The notes below the pieces were generated by a model. That model was not told where the DNA came from. It was given only the letters and a program-made list of their open reading frames with translations, and searched no databases. DNA of 64,000 bases from Octopus sinensis (Eukaryota). Position 1 is the first letter of the stretch, and the number at the start of each line of letters is the position of its first letter. The translations under genes and the position numbers were made by a program. The DNA lies in assembly GCF_006345805.1 (NCBI RefSeq), contig NC_042999.1, positions 54,064,001-54,128,000 of the forward strand, given 5' to 3'. Below are positions 53,530 to 64,000 of the stretch, piece after piece.

Positions 53530-54097
53530 CATATAATATATATGTATATATATATATATATGTGGTGGTGTGTGTGTGTGTGTGCGTGTGTGTGTGTGTC
53601 TATATATACGTATACATAATGCCAATATATAAGGCATTTATATTTCATATCTATTACATTTCATGTGTATCTTAAGATTATCTCGCTTTATGGATCTAAT
53701 ATTTTACGTTTCTTTATCTCTTGTCAAAAAATAGTCTTCCATAAATCGTGACAATAAATGCTTTATCCAATAAAAATAATTGTGGATGTACGAGTGAGAA
53801 AGACTTCGCTTCTTAGGATGTTATACTAGTTTCCTTTAAACGTCTTTTGTATCTTTTCAAGTGTTGTGTTATATGCATATACATCGATAAACACCTGAAG
53901 ATACATACATATATCTTAACGTACGAAAGTTTACACACATACACGCTCACATATATTGATATGTATGTACGTATATATGTATGTATGGTTGTTTGTACGT
54001 ACGTACTGCATGTACACACACATACATACATATATGTATATATTTAAAGGAATTTAATTATACGACCGGTTATAGCGTGATGAATGGTTTCGCTTCC

Positions 54098-54139
<42 letters not shown>

Positions 54140-54330
54140 GCATAAACATATAGAATTATGTATATGTATATATGTGTGTGTGTGCGTACGTGTGTATGTG
54201 CATGTGTATGCGTGTGTGTGTGTTTATGTATGGTATGTATACATCTATGCGTATATATATGTATATATATATATATGTATATATGTATATGTATATATAT
54301 ATATGTATATATATATATATTTATATATTC

Positions 54331-54361
<31 letters not shown>

Positions 54362-54455
54362 TTGTATATATGTATATATGTATATTATATATATAGATAT
54401 ATATATATATATTATATATATATATTATATATATATATTATATATATATATATTC
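53200..54455. repeat. TA/TATG/TG low-complexity tracts
   Basis: Direct reading. Confidence 0.9.
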
Positions 54456-55196
54456 TATAGAGGATATGAACTATAGCTTACACCTGAAGTAGAAACATAT
54501 TGTTTGATTTGTAAAATGCCTATGAGATAAGCAATTCACCATACCCATGTATGTTTGAAGAGTTTAACAACAACATCACAAGAAATAGACAGAAAATGAA
54601 AAGGAGGAGGGACTGCAATAAGCATCTTTACAATTGTTTCTCTTCCTTTCTGTCAGCCGCGTTTGCCTAAAAATAAAACAGAAATAAAACATTGTTTGTC
54701 ATTTCACACGAACAACATTTTGGCAAGTGGGAAATTTGTTCATTTTGCAGCAGTAAAGAAATAACAGGAATAAAAGTGCCAGTGTGTGTGTGTCTTTGTG
54801 TGCGTGCGACTGGTATGGAAGATACTTATGTTAGAAGTGAAACAGATACAGTGTAATATAGACAATTATGCACCTTAAAAGACACGGGTATTGTAGTATT
54901 CACATTTACTCTTTATTTCCTCATGCATTAAATATATGAACATTAGTGTAAACTAGAGATGATAGTTTTTACTTTCAAACTGTTGTCCCCTCTATGTTCA
55001 GCCCCTTGTGAGCAATAAAGCAAAAACTAAATACGTTTTTACTTTCAAAATGTCACCTATCTTTCGTTCATGTTTTCTAACATGTTATTGTAGATCCTTA
55101 CCTTCACAGGGTAACATTTTGTGCGCACTTACCAGGTTTATAGGTTCTAAGGTATGTTACAGAAACAAATACAAATGCACGCGCACACACGCACAT

Positions 55197-55238
<42 letters not shown>

Positions 55239-55273
55239 CACACACATATATATATATATGTACTTTGTATGTC

Positions 55274-55313
<40 letters not shown>

Positions 55314-55439
55314 GTGTGTGTGTAGATAGATAGATAGAGAGAGAGACCTGAACACGGGTAAGTACCAACCCTACAGGAAGCTTAATAAGGATCAAACCAA
55401 GAGATCAAACCACCACCACCACCACCACCACCCCGCTTT

Positions 55440-55880
55440 AATTAGAAACATGATTTCAGGTATTAGCAAAGGGGTACCTAAAGTGTCGGCCAACAGGAAG
55501 ATCTTTAATATAGCACCCCGCTACAACGAAACTTTGGCAAGGAGTGATTTTTCTGAGAAGCTTACGTATGTGGAAGATCTCCAAGTTCCTTCTTCCACCC
55601 CAAGAGAATTAGAAAAAGGAAAATTATCTGGTTTAACCCTTTATTTAACCTAGACATTTCTTCCAACGTAGCCAGGGCCTTCCTGTTGCTAATTAAGAAA
55701 CATTTCCCCAGAGGCCATAAGTATTACATATCCGTCAAACCCCATAATGTCAAGGTGAGCTACTACTTATTTGACAACACTGCATCCAACATCACATGCA
55801 TCAACAGAAGTGAAATGCACTCACACAACCCCCAACCCCAACATGCGACTGCCGAAACACCACCACCTTCCCTCTAGAAG
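55440..55880 (+). mobile_element. Degenerate Penelope RT-linker fragment
   Basis: APRYNETLARS, RKIIWFNP-like segment and LIKKHFPRGHKY...VKVSY. Confidence 0.7.
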
Positions 55881-56591
55881 GATCCTGCCTCTCAAAGGTT
55901 GTAGCATACAGAGCCATCTTTACACCATCCGATGACATCACTAAGCATTAAGGGATATGACATCCAATGACTTCAGAGGAAGGTACTTCTAGTACATATA
56001 TTCATTCAGATCCAGGGAGAGAGAGAACTCGACTTCCCTGTCGTGCGTTCTCGGGAGACACTCTGACCTCCGAGACGAAACACCCAGCATCAAGTCTAGT
56101 ATGATCGACAGGCCACCACCATATTCACCCGGCGCCTCTAATTGCCAGCTTTACTATCGCGAAAAACTCTACCGACCCGCAGTATCCTCTACCGACCCGC
56201 AGTATCCATCAAGAAGGAATACGATCTATCCTATTGCTGTCACCAGAAGTATGCCCTCCTGATAAATTTAAAGCTATTAGCCGCCGACAACGTGCGTATA
56301 CCTTCTTAGCCTGCACCAAGGTCCCCCTCACCAAGTAAACTCCGTGAGCAGAACTGCCATTCACCGATTCTTACCGCTTTTCATGCCTGCCTACCGGCAT
56401 ACTCTCACCCCTTGTACATCATCACACAAGTATATATACACACGCGCACGTCCGTATACATATGCGCGCATGCGTGTTCATGTATACACACACACACTTA
56501 TATATGCAGACACACATGCTCATGAACGCGCACACACACATGCATATCTCAGTAATACATGCACACATGTATGTGTGTGCATGTATATATA

Positions 56592-56622
<31 letters not shown>

Positions 56623-56711
56623 ATAATATATTAATAAATAAAATAAAATACATGCATATATACATACATATATGTACCTACTTACATCTACATGTATATA
56701 TAACATGCATA

Positions 56712-56756
<45 letters not shown>

Positions 56757-56757
<1 letters not shown>

Positions 56758-56944
56758 GAGTACAGGACCACCACAAATAAACGTAGAACACAACGAGAAA
56801 CGAAAACATAAAATCAAACAAGAAGGAAACGGACTTTTTTAAACTGTACTCTGCTTTTTTCGTGGTTAAAAAAAGTCCGTTTCCTTGTTTGATTTTATGT
56901 TTTCGTTTCTCGTTGTGTTCTACGTTTATTTGTGGTGTCCTGTA

Positions 56945-56948
<4 letters not shown>
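56757..56948. repeat. Near-perfect 85-bp-arm hairpin inside (TA)n
   Basis: 56757-56842 vs 56866-56948, differing by two small indels. Confidence 0.9.
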
Positions 56949-56994
<46 letters not shown>

Positions 56995-58974
56995 GGTATG
57001 TAGAAAAAATACAACATGGACAAGAACGTATAACTCTTAGAAGACGATACAATAACATGGACAGGACATTCGAACCCCTCAGTCTTCAGTCAGAACCGAT
57101 CATCGTAGTAATTTCGGCTGATTAATCTTGAGATTACTAGATCACGGCCAGCCCTCCAAGAAAAACTAAGCAACGAGCATTAGAAAAACTAAGCTGGAAG
57201 CGTAGATTTCCTGGAAGAAGGATCGAATGCATACGAACACCAGGACAGCAAAAGGGACAGATATATAAAAAAAACAAAAAACAATAATGGAATACAGAAG
57301 AAACATGAAATACAGAAGCATTAACGGTGTGAAAACAACAAGTGTCTTACGATGATAACAAGCAAACAAATTTTTCTCTGGCGCATTGGAAAAAGCCTTT
57401 ATAGCGCGGACGAAAAACACGATGTTAAACGACCGAGGGTCAGGAGCTGAAAGGCAGATTTCGGCAACAGTCACGTGACCAGAAAGAGGGAAAGAAAAAA
57501 AGAAAGAAGAAGCAAAGGAAGAGAGAGAGAGAAAAGGGGACAAAAACGCAACAAAGAGAGAGAAGAGAAGAGAAAGAAGGAATCAGAGAGGAGAAGGGAT
57601 TGGGTGTCGAAGAATTGTCGAAGAATGCCTGTGAGTGCAGAGCGAGACAAAGAAATAGGAGGGTAGTGGAAGACTAGACCAAAGGATCAGAGGAAATAAG
57701 AGAAGATGAATAGAGAGAAAAGAGAGAGAGGGGGGGACAGATCAAGTAAAAATGAGAGAAGAGAGGGAGACAAACAGAGAGTCGTGAATTATTAAGAATA
57801 TAATATATATATATATATAATAATATATATATATATATATATATATGCATGTATATATACATGTAGATGTAAGTATGTACATATATGTATTTATATATGC
57901 ATATATTTTATTTTATTTATTATATTGTTATTATATGATCGAACGCACGCGTTATTTCTCTATTTCTCTTCTCAAGTAAGTTTATATAATATATATATAT
58001 ATATTATATATATTATATATTATATATATACACATACATATATGTGTGTATATATATATATATTATATATATATATATATATGCGCACATGCACACACTC
58101 GCACATGTATACATGTGTGTGAGTGAGTATGTGTGTGGATGTGTGAATGCACACCTATGCACACATACACACATCCGTATAAATACACACACACAAATAT
58201 ATAAGCACATACAAACACGCATGCATACGTATATACTCGCATTTCTACAGTCCCTTCCCACTCCCCCCTGTCCACGCGACCCGATTCCTGTTAACCATGC
58301 GGTATTTTCCAAGTAATAGTTGTTGCTGTTGTGGTTTCCGTTGTCGCTGAAAAACCTCGACCAATCGCAGGCCACCGTCCGGTAATAAACATTGAATTCC
58401 TCCAACACCTCTCATTCAAATTTCCAACGGCTGAAGACTAGCATCACGCTTGAAACTCAGAGTACCAAGGACTTTTAATCAAACTGTTTTGATACGTGCG
58501 TCTGTGTGTGAGTGTGCGTGTCTGTGTGTCTGTGTGTCTGTGTGTCGATGTATGGAATTCTTCTATACACATCTCTAAATACATGGTAATTAAGAGCTTA
58601 TTCATAGCCCCCAATGCGGTATTATATTGCGGTATATCAAAAGCATTCAAATATGTACATAACAGGCTAAAACGATCTTATATACCAACATATTTAGAAT
58701 AAACATAGAAGAGTAAATATTTCACGTATACTTCATACTTTAATTCTGCTCAACAGTTGTTTCATTAGGATAAATAACATTAAGTAATAGATAATTAATT
58801 TGAATTAATACGCCGGGTGATTTGAGCCAACATAAATTAATGTTATTTCAATTAATTTCATTTAATTCATTATGTATTGCAATTGCGTAATTAATGATAT
58901 TTATCTTAATGAAACAGCTGTTGAGAAAAATTAATTCTGTGTAAAATTTTTATATACACATACTTATATATATA

Positions 58975-59678
58975 TATTGTGTTGGCAACTAAGTTCCCGC
59001 CGTTTATTTAAATTTTGGAATTTATTGTTTTTTTTTAATTTTGGAATCTATTTTTTTCGAGAATTCTATTTTTGAATCATTTTGGAATCTATTTTGTTTC
59101 TTTGTTTTTGTTTTTCTAGTTAATTTTAGTCAATTTTTGTTTATGTTCAGATCATTAAACTGGAATGTCAAATTAAGAAAAACGCATTTTAGGCACCTCC
59201 TTTTAACCTTTAATCAAGGTTCTAAGGCTGCAAAAGCTGCTCACGACATTTGTGCTGTGTATGGAGAGGGTGTCATAGCTGAAAGAACCGCTCATGATTG
59301 GTATGCCAAATTCAAAAGTGGAAATTTTGATCTCAAAGACGCACTGGCCGTCCAATTGAGTTCGAAGAAGAGCGATTAAACCAACTTTTGCACGAAAATG
59401 TCCGTTAAACGACAAGGGAACTGGCAGAGAAAATGGAATGCTCCCATACTGCTATAGAGAAGCGTCTTCACTCGATGGGGAAGGTTCAGACGTATGGAGC
59501 AAGGATTCCGCATGCTTTAAGTAACAACAAAAATCAACGAGCCACAATCTCCGCTGGTTTGCTTGCTCGTCACCGTTCATCTCATGGACACAAGCAACGA
59601 TTTCTTTACCGAATCGTTACTGGCAACGAAAAATGGTGCCAGTACATCAATAAGAAGCAGCGTAAGGAATAGCTTAGC
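58975..59678 (+). mobile_element. Mariner 5' half, decayed transposase
   Basis: TA|TTGTGTTGGCAACTAAG TIR; HTH (ICAVYGEGVIAERTAHDWYAKFKSGNFDL); IPHAL (WVPHEL-like) and RIVTGNEKW. Confidence 0.88.
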
Positions 59679-59786
59679 TCCGGATCTACTGTCCATGCGA
59701 TTACCCCTGCTCCATATCTAATGAGTGAAACCGCCCAGGTGTTGATAGCTTCGATCTTATTCCGTCCATTTAATTTCGACTTAAGG

Positions 59787-59787
<1 letters not shown>
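59676..59787 (-). mobile_element. R4/Dong-like RT fragment abutting (TAA)n
   Basis: LKSKLNGRNKIEAINTWAVSLIRYGAGVIAWT starts directly after the (AAT)n tract at 59787-59838. Confidence 0.75.
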
Positions 59788-59826
<39 letters not shown>

Positions 59827-60992
59827 TATTATTATTATTGCTTCTCATTTTGAGTTGAGGAGACTTACTGAATACGATTAATCGCAGTATATGTTTGGCA
59901 ATTTATTTTATCGTTCCTCGAAGGATGAAATGCAAAGTTGACCTTGGTAAAAGTTAAACTAAGGGCACTAGGATGATAATATCTCTTGTCTTTTACTGGT
60001 CTCTGCCATGCTGGAGCACTATCTTGAATGATTTCAGTCGAAAAAATCGACCCCGGTACTTAATTTTAAATTGTCGTAGTTATTGTATTGTTTCTTTTTT
60101 GCTGAACCGTTAAGTTACGAGACGTGAACAAACCAGCATCGGTTGCCATGCGGTGAGGGAAGAAACACGCAGATAAAGACACATTATATATGAGTACATA
60201 CAATAGTGCCCCAGCATGGCCACAGCTCATGAGCTGAAATTAGAATCAATCAAAATCATTATTATTATTATTATAAATCGTCATTTTTCCATTGTTTTTT
60301 CACCACATCACTGCAAATGATGGGGGAAGCTTTTTATGAAAAGAATTTTTTTTTTAAATTCATGGTTCCTCTCTCCACTTCCGGTCTGCATTTTTTCCAC
60401 GGTGCACTAAAGAGCAATACGGGCGCTTCATCTATAAAAAAAAGTTCTCGAAAATTTATGATTTATTTTTTTAAACCCTTTCCCTAGCTCATTGCCGATT
60501 TTCGCCAATTTGTGTGCACAGCCCAATTTAACAGGATGGCAGAAGTCTGACTCTGCAATTTGCTTCTGTTTATAATTTCAAAATAATTTTCAGACGAATA
60601 GGTAAGATTTAGCTGTTATTTCTAGCACATCCCATGACCACATATTACCTTCCTCGTTTCGTTGTCACTTTCACATGTATTGATGTTCTTCTATATTTTT
60701 CTCCCCATAAACACATTTAATGGCATGCTTATGCGGAAGTAACGATTTTGTATAACTCAAGGGTGTTCAATCGCTGGGATTTAAGCAACAACGACAAATT
60801 TTGTAATTTAAATATTTCAACCCACCCCGCACCAAATGAATCCGTGTGTGTGTGTATGTGTCAGTGGGGGAGGGGAAACATTTACTAACAGAAAAGTATG
60901 CTATTAAAATGACTTATCCTTCACATACCTTTTTCAAGTCACTGTGCCATTCTAATGAAATTCTTTACAGACATGCACACACGCACAGTGAC

Positions 60993-61028
<36 letters not shown>

Positions 61029-61672
61029 CACACTCACATACATACACACACAGTGCATGAGTGATATGCTTTTATAAATTGAGATTGTGGTAAATATAGA
61101 CAGAGAGGAAGAAATTTTACAATGAGAAAAGTGAAAAATGAAAGAAGCAGACAAATATTTTGTAGTTTGAAAATTAAGTGGAAATTTGTAGTTTGAAAAT
61201 TAAGTGGAAATTTTCAAATTTGGCAAATTGATGTACGTTTCCACGTTGAATCGGATTTTGTGGTTCATCTATTCTAGAAAATTTTTTAGAAAAATGTTAT
61301 AGAGGTTTAAAGTTTGATCATTTTTACTCACTCAGAAAACAGGATTTGTGCGCAACACTTGTTTATCATAAAATGAAACTAAACATTAGAAGACGACGTT
61401 TTAAACAAAATGAAAGCTATTGCATATCCCTGGAAGAAGGACAGGGGCGGAGAGCAGCGTCCGTAAGGAATAATACATATACAAAGAGAGAGGAGCAAAG
61501 AGTGTGGTAAATATAAAGAGAGAGGGGAATGTGTAAAAGGGCGAGAGCCTGGGTGACAGGTAGGAGATTTGTCAATCTAAAAGTTATTTCGCGAAGCAAA
61601 TTATTGTTGATATACCTAGAGTCTATTGAATCCTTATAACGAAGATATATCTGTAAAGATACACACACACAC

Positions 61673-61711
<39 letters not shown>

Positions 61712-61713
61712 AT

Positions 61714-61745
<32 letters not shown>

Positions 61746-61831
61746 CTTTTATCAGTGGTTTGTGATTTGACTGCTCTTTTTAGCATGTAAGGTATCCTGC
61801 TAAGTTCATCTCTTTTGTGTATAGAATATAC

Positions 61832-61873
<42 letters not shown>

Positions 61874-62789
61874 ATATATACATATAGTAGCTGTGTGGTT
61901 TACGTGTGATCTACTTCAAGTTTCATGGTCGGTTAATGCAGTCTTCCAGTGGGCTTATTTAGCTTACTGTGAATAATACAGCAATTGTTCAGGCTTAGAA
62001 AACTTTGCTACTGCGACAAAGAATTACGAAGTACGAGGGTGAAAAAAAACATAAGAAAACATTAATCAAAGATTTTTACAAGATGTGCGAGCCGTGACAG
62101 GTTTCTGATATCGAACTGCAAGATACCCCCTTCACAGAATTATACATATACTTTAGACTTTTCTCGATCGACTATCTCCACTAGATTCTGATTTTTTTAA
62201 AAACAAACATTTCAAATTAGTGATATTCATTTAATCCATTAAAACAGTGGTTCTCACCTGGGGTCAATATGGTTCCCGAGGGGTCATATAAGATTTTTGA
62301 GGGTAAATTGGGTAATACAGTTCTATATTTAAGAGATGAGGAATTATATACATTATTTACATTTGACGGATATCTGTCCTTATCTTGTTAACACAACGTT
62401 TCGGTTGACGTACTCTCCAGCCTCCATCAGGTGTCTTGGGGAAATTTCAACATATTGGTGCCTGTTTCCATGGTTACAAGCTAAAATATAGTCTGCTACA
62501 CTTTTTTTCTTGTTTTTAATTTTATAGGGTTTTTCTGGACATTTCCAGCCTAATGTATTAGTTTAATTCCTAACTTAATTATTTTTTTAAACGATTAATT
62601 ATATATATTTATTGGGCTTGTTGGTTTTATCTAGATGAATGTGATTTTTATATATTTGTATTTAGATGTGTGTATGATAAATGTAAATATAAAGGTAAAG
62701 GTAAAGATAAAAAATAATAGAGATAAAATTTGTGAGTTTAGGTATATGTAGTCAACTCGTTTAACCTTTCGAATATCATGGGGAAATTG

Positions 62790-63312
62790 AAAACCGAGGA
62801 TGTGGTTTCCTACATACAAGAGAAGGATGTTATCCCTAAAAGGAAGTTGTGATAAAAAAAGAACACATTCAGTTTTGTGTTGAAGAACTGGGAATGAACC
62901 TCTGTACAGCTGTTGATTACAACAACAATGTTCGTGAAATATGTACGGAGGAGTTGCCTCACAACTCAGTTCATATAGATGGGCATGGAAAAATTGCAGA
63001 GATAGACAAAACGGTCTTCTCGAAAGGTAAATACAACCAATGAACGGTGCTGTCTGAGCAGTGTGTTTTCAGAGGACAGTGTCGCAATACCTGACGTTTT
63101 TCTTTATGCGGCGCCATGTCGGAATCGCAACACTCTAGAGCAATGCAACCGTCAGTCGGTTCTTCCAGGAACCACAATTTACAGTGACTTGTTGAAGTCT
63201 CACGTTCCTGAAATTGATGATTCGAATTTTCGACAAAGAACAGTTAATCGTTGCGTTGGGTTTATCAACTTGAAAGATGATACCCACCCGCAACATGTGG
63301 AATGCACATAGT
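62790..63312 (+). mobile_element. Merlin/IS1595-like transposase remnant
   Basis: AEIDKTVFSKGKYN, VLPGTTIYSD and TVNRCVGFINLKDDTHPQHVE. Confidence 0.75.
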
Positions 63313-63342
63313 CTCTGAATTTTCGCTACAGAATATGTATAC

Positions 63343-63755
63343 TCTTACTCTTTACTCTTTTACTTGTTTCAGTCATTTGACTGCGGCCATGCTGGAGCAC
63401 CGCCTTTAATCGAGCAACTCGACCCAGGGACTTATTCTTTTGTAAGCCCAGTACTTATTCTATCGGCCTCTTTTGCCGAACCGCTAAGTGACGGGGACAT
63501 AAACACACCAGCATCGGTTGTCAAGCAATGCTAGGGGACAAACACAGACACACAAACACACACACGCATATATATATTTATATACATATATACGACGGGC
63601 TTCTTTCAGTTTCCGTCTACCAAATCCACTCACAAGGCTTTGGTCGGCCCGAGGCTATAGTAGAAGACACTTACCCAAGGTTCCACGCAGTGGGACTGAA
63701 CCCGGAACCATGCGGTTGGTAGACAAGCTACTTACCACACAGCCACTCCTGCGCC
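63343..63755 (-). mobile_element. Full-length family 2 SINE
   Basis: Same organisation as 43657-44050. Confidence 0.88.
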
Positions 63756-64000
63756 TATTGTAATTTTTCGCAAAAGATTTTCATTAAGAATTATTTACAT
63801 GCCACTTTCGATATTTCACAATACTTTATTCACTAAAACTTGTTCAAATTTCCTCCGTTGTAAAGCTGCCATCACGCACAAGATGCCAGCTTCAAAATCC
63901 TGATTTCTCATTGGGTAAAAATAATCAAACTTTAAGTTGCTGTAATAGTTTTCAAATAGCAAGTGAATAACGGCATCAGACTCAGCGGGAACAGTTTTTA

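Noticed and set aside
53012-54476. Long I/Y/M/C-rich ORFs
   Set aside because: TA/TG low-complexity translation artefacts.

Overview
Repeat-dense eukaryotic DNA with no intact host gene I can name. The SINE families and microsatellites suggest an Octopus/cephalopod genome; this is inference. Bases 1-11.8 kb hold eight same-strand pieces of an L1/Tx1-type non-LTR retrotransposon (APE endonuclease, RT, CCHC). Every 3' end and every 5' truncation in the window lies in a (TATC)n tract, which points to microsatellite-specific targeting. At least three subfamilies share covarying 3'UTR hairpins. The rest contains Penelope-like remnants with several type I hammerhead ribozyme motifs, including a tRNA-like plus hammerhead composite and a 1,057-bp tandem unit, and a 4.4-kb fold-back element with a 2-kb duplication. 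There are also R4/Dong-like, RTE, CR1, mariner, Tigger and Merlin fragments, many tRNA-derived SINEs, and a CpG-rich candidate bidirectional promoter near 30.8 kb. All coordinates and alignments were read by eye.
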